A DNA stretch of 64,000 nt from assembly GCA_035063765.1 (NCBI GenBank), contig JAPSFT010000010.1, positions 9,660 through 73,659 of the forward strand, in the 5' to 3' direction. The notes under the pieces are model-generated. The model worked only from the letters and a program-made list of their open reading frames with translations. It was not told the origin of the DNA and did not search any database. Numbering within the stretch: the stretch's first letter is position 1; every line of letters starts with the position of its first letter. Made by a program: the position numbers and the translations under genes. This DNA is from Deltaproteobacteria bacterium (GTDB lineage: Bacteria; Myxococcota_A; UBA9160; PR03). Below, one piece after another: positions 9,201 through 20,310 of this stretch.

Positions 9201-9594
9201 ACGCGCGCGCCTTGGGCGGAAGGTAGTCGAAGCGGGAGCGACGACCGCTCTCGAGCGCCGGCGTCTCGCTGGAGCGGACCGCGACGAAGATCTCGTTGTG
9301 GTCGCGCAGCGGCGCGCCCGGCGCGATCGTGGCGGTCCAGGTCGCCGGCCCGCCCGTCAGCCGATCGGTGACGTCCTCGCCGTTCAGCTCGACGCGCAGC
9401 GTCGCGGCGTCCGCGCTCGGGTGGAGGTCGATCTGCAGCGGGAAGGAGAGCGTCGTGACCGTGCTCTCGTGGGCCGGCGTCACGACCCGGAGCAAGGGCG
9501 ACGGCTCGTCGCAGTCGAGCCCGACCTGGGAGAGCGAGAGCAGGAGGATCACGGGAAGCCAGGCTCCCCGGCCGCCGAGCAGATGCGCGCGCAT
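6238..9594 (-). CDS. Large secreted CehA/McbA-family PHP metallohydrolase with carboxypeptidase-regulatory-like beta domains
   Basis: ATG 9594 with AAGGGGG RBS and TAGACT -10 (plus 9639-9644); signal peptide; WISADYHVH, IVATDH, GEEIT, GHFNAYP, QVNH, ELWNG and DTDTH PHP motifs; GRLHVTVVDHAGQPVPARV beta domain. Confidence 0.85.
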   Translation of the reverse strand: MRAHLLGGRGAWLPVILLLSLSQVGLDCDEPSPLLRVVTPAHESTVTTLSFPLQIDLHPSADAATLRVELNGEDVTDRLTGGPATWTATIAPGAPLRDHNEIFVAVRSSETPALESGRRSRFDYLPPKARASRIDDPADCPTGPLAHCTADDYLLANDVARFVVQKPTQRELIFVGTWGGNLIDAELVEDGVRQGNESFFELQPAVNVETVVNAVSAEILNDGADGTTAILRTCGPDDLLDDINPSSVIEQAGATFPPGVDDQDYEVWGCTEYRLEPGTRTVELRTTIANMEAVDLPLYVGDYINGGGELEQWTPLSDQAPIPMGQAGVGEMLANWGVSLVSFFGYDDAEGVDYALLDARPPDVALPSSTFTTSGVSFVLHGHAVPAVLGAGIPPNFTVPAGGANTFTRWFSIGDGSGANAVEAFADVHGLPTGRLRGCVRDASGDPLPGARVAAGRDTAGGTTALHLLRAHWVTDAEGCYDGRIPAGSYLVAAAKEGFPYEGGGAAPATHLVTLTAGATTVQDVVLPETGRLHVTVVDHAGQPVPARVSVVGFDPSPEPSLFATVLSANDTRTHLFYDLSQDAVPTGLSRSEYTEANGVADLLLEPGTYQIAVSRGGEWSLYTEQVTIAADATTNVSAQIAHVLDTSGWISADYHVHMIDSQDSRVSRRARIRSYAGEGVDSIVATDHAHVTDLDPEIASRGFTPFVNATPGEEITTFDYGHFNAYPQGPDPAQPQTQGATDHGGAAPPGEGFPSNGHFNLSPAEIHAAVLADPSNAGLETVVQVNHIDGHFDPLKIDTAVTPPRSFLDPGEPAMFRLDPSIPNFFHAFPALELWNGASAQKQETEFLGERIGIWMNLLNQGLPATFVADTDTHEYHSLSAAGARTWTPASSDAVPAVSDAEIARAIHAGKAVGGQGVFLTARLLATDGSAGSAQLGGVVPAGTAPATTAAGTLLSVGNGEVDLEIRVQAPTWAPYDRIVLYRNATTAVARRNDGIPTLYSALPAQTLLAGTDFTVDTVAVNGSQRLETNLTLRLDGITGDEWIVVAARGLQGVSPPMFPVYPHPTDVATENPTLADLMDVTAAEKGVRALGVTNALFLDVDGNGVFDPPGVWVVRP

Positions 9595-9664
9595 CGACAC
9601 CACCCCCTTCCTCGCCACGGGCGCGTCCGGAACGCGCGAGTCTATGGGGGGGAGGCCGCTCGCT

Positions 9665-10258
9665 TCAAGGAGGATCGTTGCCGGGCCGGCGATCGCGCCC
9701 CGGCTCCCCCGGGGTTGCGGTTGCCGCGAGGGTCTCGCAGAGCTCCACGGCCCGGGCCGCGCTCCCGGCGACCGCCCACCACGCGCGCGCCGTGGGCTTC
9801 TCGAAGCCCGTGTCGATCGCGCGCCCGAGCCATTCGAGCAGGGGGTCCCAGAAGCCCGCGGCGTCGAGCAGCACCACCGGCCGGTGGTGGAGCCCGAGCT
9901 TGCGGAACGAGAGCACCTCGGCGAGCTCCTCGAGCGTGCCGAGGCCGCCGGGCAGGGCGACGAAGGCGTCGGCGCGCTCGTCGAGGCCGGCCTTGCGCGC
10001 GCGCATGTCGTCGACCTCACACATCTCGACCCCGAGATGATGGACGTCCTCGTCGATGAAGCGGCGCAGGATCACGCCGTGGACCCGGCCACCGGCTGCG
10101 AGCGCGCCGTCGGCGAGCGCGCCCATGAGCCCGGTGCGTCCTCCTCCATAGACGAGATCGTGTCCCCGGCGCGCGATCTCGGCGCCGAGCGCCGTGGCCA
10201 CCGCGAGGAAGGGCTCGGCCGCCTGGCGGCTGGAGCCCGCGAAGACGGTGATGCGCAT
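9665..10258 (-). CDS. LOG-family (TIGR00730-like) nucleotide phosphoribohydrolase, short type
   Basis: ITVFAGS, LVYGGGRTGLMG, RK...DAFVALPGGLGTLEEL. Confidence 0.9.
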   Translation of the reverse strand: MRITVFAGSSRQAAEPFLAVATALGAEIARRGHDLVYGGGRTGLMGALADGALAAGGRVHGVILRRFIDEDVHHLGVEMCEVDDMRARKAGLDERADAFVALPGGLGTLEELAEVLSFRKLGLHHRPVVLLDAAGFWDPLLEWLGRAIDTGFEKPTARAWWAVAGSAARAVELCETLAATATPGEPGRDRRPGNDPP

Positions 10259-10270
10259 CGCGCGCTCCGG

Positions 10271-11773
10271 CTAGCGCCGCCCGCGACCGCCGCGCCCGCG
10301 CCCGCCACCGCGCCGCGAGCGCCCACCGCCCTCGCGCCGCTGCGGGGCGCGCTCGGCATCGGCGTCGCGTGTGGCACCCACCTCGACCTCGCCGACCGTG
10401 GTCTGGGGGCGGTGCTCCTTCAGGTAGGCCGAGCAGATCGCGGCCAGCTCGCGGCGCCCCTCGTCGCTGGCCGCCATCGCCGACACCACGGCCACCCAGC
10501 GGTCGATCTTCCAGGCGCGCTCGCGCTCGGGCACTGCGCGCATCTCCTGCTCCACCTTGACCGTGAGCCGCTCGCGCAGCCGGTCGAGGAGCTCGGCGTC
10601 GGACGGGAGCTTGCGTTCCGTGATCTGGATCCGGTTCACGTTCTGGAGATACTTGAAGTTGCCGATGTCGAGCGCCGACACGAGGGAGATCGCGAAACCG
10701 GCCTTGCCCGCGCGGCCGGTACGGCCGGTGCGGTGCACGTAGGTTTCCGGCGAGTCCGGTGCGGTGTAGCCGATCACGCAGGTCAGGTCCGAGATGTCGA
10801 TGCCGCGCGCGGCCACGTCGGTGGCGACCAGGAAGCGCAGCTCGCCGGCCTTGATGCGCGCCATCGCCCGCTCGCGCGCGGCCTGGGCCAGATCGCCCGA
10901 GATCTGGTCGGCGTCGAAGCCGCGGCGCTGGAGGAAGGCCGTCACGTAGCGGACGTCGTCCTTGGTGTTGCAGAAGATGATCGCGCTCTCGGGGTCCTCG
11001 TACTCGAGGATCCGGACCAGCGCCTGCTCCTTCTCCTGTGCGCTCACGAGGTAGAAGAAATGCTCGATCTCGGCGGGTGCGATCTGGCCCTCGGAGAGCG
11101 TCACGAACTCCGGATCGCGCATGAAGACGCGCGTGAGGGCGCGCACCTTCTCGGGCATCGTGGCCGAGAACAGGCAGGTCTGGCGCCTCTCCTTCGGCGG
11201 GAGGTAACGGTCGATCTCGCGCATGTCGGGCCAGAAGCCGAGCGAGAGCAGCTCGTCGGCCTCGTCGAGCACGAAGAAGCGCACGCGGTCGAGCACGAGC
11301 CGGCGCTGGCCGAGGTGGTCGAGGATCCGCCCGGGCGTGCCCACCACGATGTGCGGCCCGGCCGCCAGCCCTTCGAGCTGCGGCCCGTAGCCGACCCCAC
11401 CATAGATCGGCAGGCAGACGATGCCGCGGTGCTTGCCGATCGTGACGAGCTCGCTCGCGACCTGGTTCGCGAGCTCACGAGTCGGTGTCAGCACGAGCGC
11501 CTGCGGCGCGCGCAGGTCCGCGTCCACCTCGGCGACGATCGGGATGCCGAAGGCGCCGGTCTTCCCGCTGCCGGTGCGCGCCTGCACGATCAGGTCGCGG
11601 CGCGCCCGCATGGCGGGGATCGTGGCTGCCTGCACCGGCATCGGCGTGCGCCAGCCGAGCTCGCGCAGGCCGCTCTGGATGTCCTCGGGCAGCGCGGCGA
11701 AGAGGTTCTCGGAGGAGGCGTCGGCGGGTGCTGCGGAGGCGGAGGGAGACGAAGGTTCAGCGTCTTCGGGCAT
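10271..11773 (-). CDS. DEAD/DEAH-box ATP-dependent RNA helicase
   Basis: Q motif (TPMPVQ), ARTGSGKT, PTRELA, VLDEADE, FSATM, ATDVAARGID, YVHRTGRTGRAG. Confidence 0.97.
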   Translation of the reverse strand: MPEDAEPSSPSASAAPADASSENLFAALPEDIQSGLRELGWRTPMPVQAATIPAMRARRDLIVQARTGSGKTGAFGIPIVAEVDADLRAPQALVLTPTRELANQVASELVTIGKHRGIVCLPIYGGVGYGPQLEGLAAGPHIVVGTPGRILDHLGQRRLVLDRVRFFVLDEADELLSLGFWPDMREIDRYLPPKERRQTCLFSATMPEKVRALTRVFMRDPEFVTLSEGQIAPAEIEHFFYLVSAQEKEQALVRILEYEDPESAIIFCNTKDDVRYVTAFLQRRGFDADQISGDLAQAARERAMARIKAGELRFLVATDVAARGIDISDLTCVIGYTAPDSPETYVHRTGRTGRAGKAGFAISLVSALDIGNFKYLQNVNRIQITERKLPSDAELLDRLRERLTVKVEQEMRAVPERERAWKIDRWVAVVSAMAASDEGRRELAAICSAYLKEHRPQTTVGEVEVGATRDADAERAPQRREGGGRSRRGGGRGRGGRGRR

Positions 11774-11853
11774 TTCGGCGCCGCAGGCTACTGCTCGGCC
11801 CCGGGCGTGGCAAGCAGGGGAGGGGGCCCGCGCACGGCGCTACCTTGGCGCCC

Positions 11854-12156
11854 ATGGCGCGCATCGAACGGGCCGACGTGGAGCGCATCGCGGAGCTCGC
11901 GCGCCTCGAGCTCGGGCCCGGTGAGGCGGAGCGCATGACGGCGGAGCTCGGGGCGATCCTCGGCTACGTCGCCCAGCTCGACGCGCTCGACACCGGGGCG
12001 GTCGAGCCCACCGACCACGCGCTCGCGCTGCGGACCCCGCTGCGGCCGGACCGGGCCGAGGCGCCGCTCCCGCCCGAGCGCGCCCTCGCCAACGCCCCCG
12101 CCCGCGAAGGCTTCGCCTTCGTGGTGCCCAAGGTGCTGGAGGAGGACGAGGGCTAG
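11854..12156 (+). CDS. gatC: Asp-tRNA(Asn)/Glu-tRNA(Gln) amidotransferase subunit C
   Basis: [20 protein letters not shown]...[13 protein letters not shown]...LANAP...FVVPKVL; directly upstream of gatA. Confidence 0.95.
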   Translation: MARIERADVERIAELARLELGPGEAERMTAELGAILGYVAQLDALDTGAVEPTDHALALRTPLRPDRAEAPLPPERALANAPAREGFAFVVPKVLEEDEG

Positions 12157-13625
12157 TGCGCTTCGCCACCGCGTCGGACCTGGCGGCCGCGCTGGAGGGC
12201 GGGCGCGTCTCGGCCCTGGAGCTGGCGGACGCGGCGCTCGCCGCGGCCGGGCGCGCGCAGGGGCTCGGCGCCTTCGTGCACCTCTCGCCCGCGCGCGCGC
12301 GCGACGACGCCGCGGCGAGCGACGCGCGGCGCGCCCGGGGCGAGGCGCGCGGGCCGCTCGACGGCGTGCCGGTGGCGCTCAAGGACCTGCTCGTCGACGA
12401 GGGCGAGCCCTGCACCTGCGCGTCGCGCATCCTCGAGGGCTTCGTCGCGCCCTATCCGGGCACGGCGACGGCGCGCCTGCGGGCGACCGGCGCCGTCGTG
12501 ATCGGCCGCACCAACATGGACGAGTTCGCGATGGGCTCGTCTACCGAGCACTCGGTCTACGGGGTGGCGCGCAACCCCTGGGATCCCGGACGCACGCCGG
12601 GCGGCTCGTCGGGGGGCTCGGCGGCGGCGGTGGCGGCCGGTGTCGTGCCGATCGCGCTCGGCAGCGACACGGGCGGCTCGATCCGCCAGCCGGCGTCGCT
12701 GTGCGGCGTCACGGGACTCAAGCCCACCTACGGGCGCGTGTCGCGCTACGGGCTCGTGGCCTTCGCGTCCTCGCTCGACCAGATCGGGCCCTTCGCGCGC
12801 ACGGCGGCCGACTGCGCGCTCGTGCTCGAGGCGATCGCCGGGCACGACCCGCTCGACTCGACCTCGCTCCCGGAGCCGCCGCCGCGGCTGCGCGCGGCCC
12901 TGAGCGGCGACGTCTCCGGGCTCGTGATCGGGCTTCCGCGCGAGTTCTTCGCGAAGGAAGGGCTCGCGCCGGGGGTCGCCGAGCGCGTGCGCGAGGCCGT
13001 CGCCGAGCTCGAGCGGGCGGGCGCCAAGACCCGCGAGGTCTCGCTGCCCCACGCGCCGCACGCGATCGCCACCTACTACCTGATCGCCACCGCCGAGGCG
13101 TCGAGCAACCTGGCGCGCTACGACGGCGTGCGCTTCGGGCGCCGCGCCGAGGCGGCGACGCTCGGCGAGATGTACCGGCGCACGCGCTCGGAGGGCTTCG
13201 GGCCCGAGGTGAAGCGGCGCATCCTGCTCGGCACCTACGTGCTCTCGGCCGGCTACTACGACGCCTACTACCGCAAGGCCATGAAGGTGCGCACGCTCCT
13301 GCGCCGCGACTTCGAGCAGGCCTTCGCCGGCTGCGACCTGCTCGCGGGCCCCACCACCCCCGAGCCGGCGTTCCGGATCGGCGAGAAGACCGGCGACCCG
13401 CTCGCGATGTACCTTTCCGACATCTACACGGTGTCGGCGAACCTGGCCGGCATCCCGGGCGTCTCGCTGCCCTGTGGCTTCGCGGACGGGCTCCCGGTCG
13501 GCCTCCAGCTCCTCGGGCGGCCGCTCGACGAGGCGACGCTGCTGCGCGCGGCGGACGCGTACCAGCGGCGCACGGACTGGCACGCGCGGACGCCGGATCC
13601 GGCGCTCTGGGAGCCCGGGCGATGA
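12156..13625 (+). CDS. gatA: Asp-tRNA(Asn)/Glu-tRNA(Gln) amidotransferase subunit A
   Basis: Amidase signature [75 protein letters not shown]. Confidence 0.98.
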   Translation: MRFATASDLAAALEGGRVSALELADAALAAAGRAQGLGAFVHLSPARARDDAAASDARRARGEARGPLDGVPVALKDLLVDEGEPCTCASRILEGFVAPYPGTATARLRATGAVVIGRTNMDEFAMGSSTEHSVYGVARNPWDPGRTPGGSSGGSAAAVAAGVVPIALGSDTGGSIRQPASLCGVTGLKPTYGRVSRYGLVAFASSLDQIGPFARTAADCALVLEAIAGHDPLDSTSLPEPPPRLRAALSGDVSGLVIGLPREFFAKEGLAPGVAERVREAVAELERAGAKTREVSLPHAPHAIATYYLIATAEASSNLARYDGVRFGRRAEAATLGEMYRRTRSEGFGPEVKRRILLGTYVLSAGYYDAYYRKAMKVRTLLRRDFEQAFAGCDLLAGPTTPEPAFRIGEKTGDPLAMYLSDIYTVSANLAGIPGVSLPCGFADGLPVGLQLLGRPLDEATLLRAADAYQRRTDWHARTPDPALWEPGR

Positions 13626-13644
13626 GCGGGCGGGACGCTCCGTC

Positions 13645-15117
<1,473 letters not shown>

Positions 15118-15118
15118 G

Positions 15119-17299
15119 ATGCGGGCGCTCGCGCGCGTCGCCCTCGCTCTCGCCGTGCTGGCGGCCGCGGCCCTGGGAGGGCTCGGCTGGTGGCTCTCGG
15201 GCTACGTCGCGAGCGACGCGTTCGGGGCGCGCCTGCGCGAGGCGGTCCGCGGGGCGACCGGACAGGAGCCCGGCTGGGAGGCGCTCGAGGTGGGCGTCCT
15301 GCCCCCGCGCGTGCGGGTCGAGCAGGCGAAGCTCGGCGACGGCACGGCGCTCGCGGTCGAACGCGCGGAGCTGCGCGTCGCGCTGTTGCCGCTGCTCGCG
15401 GGCGCGGTCGTGATCGACCGCGTCGCGATCGAGGGCGGCGTGCTGCGCGCGGTGCGCACCGCGGACGGGCTGCGCTGGCCGTGGCAGGGCCCCGCGGCGC
15501 AGCCCGCTCCGGGCGCGGCGCCCGGCGAGCCCGGCGGCGCGGAGCCCCGTGCGCCCGGCGGCACGGCGCCCGCGGAGCCCGGCGGCGCGGCGCCGAGCGC
15601 ACCCGAAGGGGAGGGCGGCTTCACCTTCGCCGTGCGCCGCCTCGACGTCGAGAACACCCGCCTCACCTTCGAGGACCGCACCGTGACGCCGCCGGTGACG
15701 CTCGTGCTCGCCGATCTCGAGGCGCGCGCCCGCACGAGCGAGGCGCGGGCGCTCGTGTTCTCGGGCTCGGCGCGGGTCGGCGAGGGCGGCCTGCGCGGCG
15801 AGGGCCGCGTGGACGCCAGCCGCACGCTCGCCGCCACGCTCACGCTCGAGCGCCTGCCGGCCGCTGCCTTCGCACCCTACCTCGGCGACGGCGCGACGCT
15901 CGGCGGCGCGCTCGACGGCACGCTCGCCCTGCGCGGTCCCGCCCGGACGCCCGATGCCGCCGACCTCGAGGTGCGGATCGGCGACGCCGCCTTCGCGATC
16001 GGCGACGCCGCGATCCGCGGGCCGGTGTCGCTCGCGGCGGAGCTGCGCGGCGCGCTCGACCGGCCCACCGGCACCTTCGCGCTCGACGCGACCGGCGCGG
16101 AGCTGCTCTACGGCGGCGGCATCGTGCGCAAGCCGCCGGGCGCGGCGGCGAGCGCCGAGGGCCGCCTCACGACCGCGCCCGACGGCCGCATCGAGATCGA
16201 GCAGGTGCGGGTGCGGCTGAAGGACATCGGCGGGCAGGGCTCGCTCGGCTTCGGCGGCGGGCGGCCGCTCGCCGCCCGGCTCGACGCGCCGCCCTTCCCG
16301 GTGGCCGACCTCGGCGAGCTGGTGCCGGGCCTCGCGCCGCTCGCGCCCGAGGGGCGGGCGGCCCCCGAGGCGCTCGAGCTCCGGACGCCGCCACTCGCGC
16401 TGGCTGGACGCATCGTGCTCGACGGCGTGCGCGTGTCGCCGGACGGGCGCGGGCCGATCGTGCTCCACGGCGCGCTCGTCGGTGCGGGAGACGGCTTGCG
16501 CAGCGAGGGGCTCGTGGCCGAAGCCGGTGGCCAGCCGGCCGCGCTCGCGCTCGCCGTCGCGGGGCTCGGCGGGACGCCCCGACACCAGACCCGGATCGTT
16601 CTCGAGCACGCCGACGCGCAGCCGCTGCTGGCCGCGCTCACCGGCGAGCCCGAGGCGATGACCGGGCCGCTCGGCGCCGCGGCCGAGCTCGCGGGGCCGC
16701 TCGCCGGCGGCGAGGCCTGGCTGGCCGGTCTGTCGGGCACCGCACGGGTCGCGGCCGGGCCCGGCCGCATCCCCGGCGTCGCGCCCTTCGAGCTCGTCGT
16801 CGAGCAGCTCCGCAAGACGATCGGCGGGCTCGGCGAGGGGCGGAGGGCGCGTCTCGAGCGCTTCTACGGCGATCGCTTCGAGTCGCTGGCGGGACGCTTC
16901 ACCGTGTCGGACGGGGTGGCGCGCAGCGACGACCTCGTGCTGCGCTATCCGGGCTATGCCCTCGAGCTGACCGGGACGGTGCGGCTCGCCGACCGCGGGC
17001 TCGACGCGCGCGGGCGCCTCGTGCTCGAGGAGGAGGCCTACGCGGCGCTGGCGGGCGAGGAGCCCCGGCCCGGCGGGCGGGAGCGCGTGCTGCCGCTGGC
17101 AGCGGTGGGCGGCACCCTCGACGAGCCGCGCATCGCGATCGACGCGCAGGCCGCCCTGGCCCTGGCCGCGACCTTCGCGACCGCCGGCAAGCGCGACAAG
17201 CTCGAGCGCAAGCTCGACCGGGCGCTCGGGGAGGGCGCCGGCCGCAGCGTCCTCGACGCGCTCGACGGCCTGTTCGCGCCGCGCGAGCCGCGCCGATGA
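15119..17299 (+). CDS. AsmA-family envelope protein
   Basis: N-terminal membrane anchor, long glycine-rich beta-strand body, AsmA-like C-terminus ([20 protein letters not shown]...[13 protein letters not shown]). Confidence 0.75.
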   Translation: MRALARVALALAVLAAAALGGLGWWLSGYVASDAFGARLREAVRGATGQEPGWEALEVGVLPPRVRVEQAKLGDGTALAVERAELRVALLPLLAGAVVIDRVAIEGGVLRAVRTADGLRWPWQGPAAQPAPGAAPGEPGGAEPRAPGGTAPAEPGGAAPSAPEGEGGFTFAVRRLDVENTRLTFEDRTVTPPVTLVLADLEARARTSEARALVFSGSARVGEGGLRGEGRVDASRTLAATLTLERLPAAAFAPYLGDGATLGGALDGTLALRGPARTPDAADLEVRIGDAAFAIGDAAIRGPVSLAAELRGALDRPTGTFALDATGAELLYGGGIVRKPPGAAASAEGRLTTAPDGRIEIEQVRVRLKDIGGQGSLGFGGGRPLAARLDAPPFPVADLGELVPGLAPLAPEGRAAPEALELRTPPLALAGRIVLDGVRVSPDGRGPIVLHGALVGAGDGLRSEGLVAEAGGQPAALALAVAGLGGTPRHQTRIVLEHADAQPLLAALTGEPEAMTGPLGAAAELAGPLAGGEAWLAGLSGTARVAAGPGRIPGVAPFELVVEQLRKTIGGLGEGRRARLERFYGDRFESLAGRFTVSDGVARSDDLVLRYPGYALELTGTVRLADRGLDARGRLVLEEEAYAALAGEEPRPGGRERVLPLAAVGGTLDEPRIAIDAQAALALAATFATAGKRDKLERKLDRALGEGAGRSVLDALDGLFAPREPRR

Positions 17300-18369
17300 G
17301 CGCTCCGGGGTGGTTCACGCTGCGCTGGGACGGCGACGCCGTGCTGCTGCTCGACCAGCGCCGGCTGCCGCGGGAAGAGGTCGTGGTGCGTCTCGCGACG
17401 GTCGAGGAGGTGGCGCGAGCGATCGAGACGATGGTGGTGCGCGGGGCGCCCGCGATCGGCTGCACGGCGGCGCTCGGTGTGGCGCTGGCGGCCGTGCGCT
17501 CGACGGCGGGTGGCGCCGGGGCCCTGCGCGGCGAGGTCGAGGACGCGATCGCGCGCCTCGCGCGCACGCGGCCCACCGCGGTGAACCTGTTCTGGGCGCT
17601 GGGGCGCATGCGCGCCGTCCTCGCGGAGGGGGACCGCGCGGGTACGCTGCGCGAACGGCTCGTCGCCGAGGCGCAGCGGATCGTCGCGGAGGACGTGGCC
17701 GCGTGTCGGGCGATCGGCCGGGCGGGGCTCGCGGCGATCCCTCCGAGGGCGCGCGTGCTCACGCACTGCAACGCCGGCGCGCTCGCGACCGCGGGCTACG
17801 GCACCGCGCTCGGGGTGGTGCGCGCGGCGCACGAAGCGGGCCGGCTCGAGCGCGTGCTCGCCGACGAGACACGCCCCTTCCTGCAGGGGGCGCGCCTCAC
17901 GGCCTGGGAGCTCGCGCGCGACGGCATCCCGGTGACCGTGATCGCCGACGTGATGGCGGGCCATCTGCTGCAGCAGGGCGAGGTGGACGTGGTGGTGGTG
18001 GGCGCCGACCGGATCGCGGCCAACGGCGACGTCGCGAACAAGATCGGCACCTATCCGCTGGCGGTGCTGGCGCGCGAGCACGGGGTCCCGTTCTACGTCG
18101 CGGCGCCGCTCTCGACGGTGGACCCCGTGACGCCGGACGGCGGCGCGATCCCGATCGAGGAGCGCGGGCGCGCCGAGCTGGCGCGGATCGGCGAGACGGA
18201 GCTCCTGCCCGAGGGCGTCCCGGTGCGCCACCCGGCCTTCGACGTGACGCCGCACCGGCTCCTGAGCGGCATCGTGACCGAGCGCGGGATCGCACGGGCG
18301 CCCTTCGCGGAGAGCCTGCGCGCGCTGCTCGACGCGGCCCGGGTGGAAGCGGCGAGCGAGGCGGGCTAA
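17296..18369 (+). CDS. mtnA: S-methyl-5-thioribose-1-phosphate isomerase
   Basis: [82 protein letters not shown]; ATGA overlap with asmA. Confidence 0.97.
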   Translation: MSAPGWFTLRWDGDAVLLLDQRRLPREEVVVRLATVEEVARAIETMVVRGAPAIGCTAALGVALAAVRSTAGGAGALRGEVEDAIARLARTRPTAVNLFWALGRMRAVLAEGDRAGTLRERLVAEAQRIVAEDVAACRAIGRAGLAAIPPRARVLTHCNAGALATAGYGTALGVVRAAHEAGRLERVLADETRPFLQGARLTAWELARDGIPVTVIADVMAGHLLQQGEVDVVVVGADRIAANGDVANKIGTYPLAVLAREHGVPFYVAAPLSTVDPVTPDGGAIPIEERGRAELARIGETELLPEGVPVRHPAFDVTPHRLLSGIVTERGIARAPFAESLRALLDAARVEAASEAG

Positions 18370-18378
18370 GCGTTCGCC

Positions 18379-19314
18379 ATGAGCAGTTCGGGCACGACAC
18401 AGGTCCGCGGCGAGAAGATCTGGATGGACGGCGCGCTGGTGCCGTGGGACGAGGCCACCGTGCACGTCCTCACGCACACGCTGCACTACGGGCTCGGCGT
18501 CTTCGAGGGGATCCGCTGCTACCGCACGGCGGACGGCCGCTCGGCGGTCTTCCGGCTCGGCGAGCACGTGCGGCGGCTGCTCGAGTCGGCGCACATCAAC
18601 CTGATGGCGGTGCCGTTCACGAAGGAGCAGATCGAGCAGGGGATCCTGGAGACGCTCGCGGCCAACCGGCTGGCCGAGGGCTACATCCGGCCGCTGGTCT
18701 TCGTCGGGCACGGCGCCATGGGGCTCAACCCGGGCGACAACCCGGTGCGCGTCGCGATCGCCGTCTGGCCCTGGGGAAAGTACCTGGGCGACGAGGGCAT
18801 GGAACGCGGCATCCGCGCCAAGATCTCGACCTTCGCGCGCCACCACGTCAACGCGAAGATGACCAAGGGCAAGACCTGCGGCGACTACGTGAACTCGATC
18901 CTCGCCAAGCGCGAGGCGCTGCTCGACGGCTACGACGAGGCGATCCTGCTCGACACCCAGGGCCTCGTCGCCGAGGCGAGCGGGGAGAACCTGTTCCTGG
19001 TGCGCGGCGGCGTCCTGCGCACGCCGCCGCTGCCGGCCGTGCTGGCCGGGATCACCCGCGAGGCCATCCTCGCCCTCGCGCGCGACCGCGGCATCCCGGT
19101 CGAGGAGAGCGGGATCACCCGCGACGAGCTCTACATCGCCGACGAGGTCTTCCTGACCGGCACGGCCGCCGAGGTGACCCCGATCCGCGAGATCGACCGC
19201 CGCCGGATCGGCGAAGGCCGCCGCGGCCCCGTGACCAAGGCGCTCCAGACCGCGTTCTTCGACCTCGTGGCCGGGAAGGATCGGAAGTACGAGGGGTGGC
19301 TGAGGTATTGCTAG
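18379..19314 (+). CDS. ilvE: Branched-chain amino acid aminotransferase (PLP fold type IV)
   Basis: [63 protein letters not shown]. Confidence 0.96.
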   Translation: MSSSGTTQVRGEKIWMDGALVPWDEATVHVLTHTLHYGLGVFEGIRCYRTADGRSAVFRLGEHVRRLLESAHINLMAVPFTKEQIEQGILETLAANRLAEGYIRPLVFVGHGAMGLNPGDNPVRVAIAVWPWGKYLGDEGMERGIRAKISTFARHHVNAKMTKGKTCGDYVNSILAKREALLDGYDEAILLDTQGLVAEASGENLFLVRGGVLRTPPLPAVLAGITREAILALARDRGIPVEESGITRDELYIADEVFLTGTAAEVTPIREIDRRRIGEGRRGPVTKALQTAFFDLVAGKDRKYEGWLRYC

Positions 19315-19376
19315 GGGACAGACCCGGCGATCCGGCGATTCTCGGAGAGAATCGCCGGATCGCCGGGTCTGTCCCC
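19314..19376. repeat. Perfect 30-bp inverted repeat (REP/REPIN-like hairpin) immediately after the ilvE stop
   Basis: GGGGACAGACCCGGCGATCCGGCGATTCTC (19314-19343), loop GGA, exact reverse complement at 19347-19376. Confidence 0.9.
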
Positions 19377-19381
19377 GAAGA

Positions 19382-19411
19382 GGCGGTCGCGGCGGAGTTG
19401 CCGCGACCGCC
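19382..19411. terminator. GC-rich 12-bp hairpin between convergent ilvE and PEP-CTERM genes; possible terminator
   Basis: GGCGGTCGCGGC-ggagtt-GCCGCGACCGCC; no U-tract. Confidence 0.4.
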
Positions 19412-19425
19412 CGGGTCGCCGGGCG

Positions 19426-20058
19426 CTAGGCCACCACTTCGCGGCGGCGACCCGCAACCGCCAGGCCGGTCAGACCTCCGGCCAGCAGCGCCAGGGGTAG
19501 CGGCTCCGGGACCACCGTGAAGCGCTGGTCCACGTGCGGAGCCACGGCCAGCAGGGTGCCCGTCAGGCTGATCACCTTCACGACCTCGATCCGCGTCACC
19601 GCCGCGAAGCCGGCGGCGTCGGAGGGATCCGAGCTGCCGCCGTCGACGCTCAGCGCGAGCAGGGTCGCGAGGGGACCCCCGCCCTCCGCGAGCAGCGACT
19701 CGCTGACCAGCGCCGCAGCGCCGGTCCCGACCGCCACGAGCGGCGAGAACAGCGCCGCGCCCTCGATCCCGGCCGCCGCCTCGACGACGTAGGAGACCAG
19801 CACGGTCGCCTCGCCGCCGAGCGTCACCGACAGCGGCCCGGTCAGCCGGAAGCCGTCAGCGAGCATCTGCACCGGGTAGTCGGCGAGGTCGGAGGACACG
19901 TCGCCGCTCACGAGCACGTCGAAGTCCGAGAACGAGAGTCCGCCGACGCTGAAGCCGCCTCCGGCATCCAGGTCGGCCAGGGTCAGCGCGCGCGCCGGCT
20001 GTACGGCCAGCGCGATCGCCGCAGCGATCGGAAACCACCAGGCACGGAACACTTGCAT
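19426..20058 (-). CDS. PEP-CTERM sorting-domain surface protein
   Basis: Signal peptide MQVFRAWWFPIAAAIALAVQPARA; C-terminal VVPEPLPLALLAGGLTGLAVAGRRR (PEP motif, TM helix, basic tail). Confidence 0.9.
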   Translation of the reverse strand: MQVFRAWWFPIAAAIALAVQPARALTLADLDAGGGFSVGGLSFSDFDVLVSGDVSSDLADYPVQMLADGFRLTGPLSVTLGGEATVLVSYVVEAAAGIEGAALFSPLVAVGTGAAALVSESLLAEGGGPLATLLALSVDGGSSDPSDAAGFAAVTRIEVVKVISLTGTLLAVAPHVDQRFTVVPEPLPLALLAGGLTGLAVAGRRREVVA

Positions 20059-20224
20059 GCGAGCCTCCACGGTCCTGCACGATGCCTGCGCCAGACGACC
20101 CCTCGCTCGGCGCAGGGCTCGAGCGGTCCACCCGGCTCGTGTCGGCCTCGTGCCGCCGGCGCCGCGTGACCGCGCACACGGCAGCTCGTATGCGTGCGTG
20201 TCGACCGTCACCTCCGTCGCCGCT

Positions 20225-20266
20225 GGTTGCGCAGATCGCGCAAGGCGAGGAGCGCAGGTTGCGCAA
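20225..20266. promoter_or_regulatory. Candidate regulator-binding palindromes upstream of the PEP-CTERM gene
   Basis: TTGCGC-N5-GCGCAA at 20227-20243; GGTTGCGCA repeated at 20225 and 20257 (32-bp spacing); TTGCGCAA at 20259-20266. Confidence 0.35.
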
Positions 20267-20310
20267 TCCGCATCCCCACGCCTGCGCGTACCCGCGCTGG
20301 CGCGGGCGGG

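Noticed and set aside
20059-20220. Possible sigma54 -24/-12 promoter for the PEP-CTERM gene
   Set aside because: The closest match (TGGCGC...GTGC on the minus strand near 20077-20093) has 12 rather than 10 nt between GG and GC.
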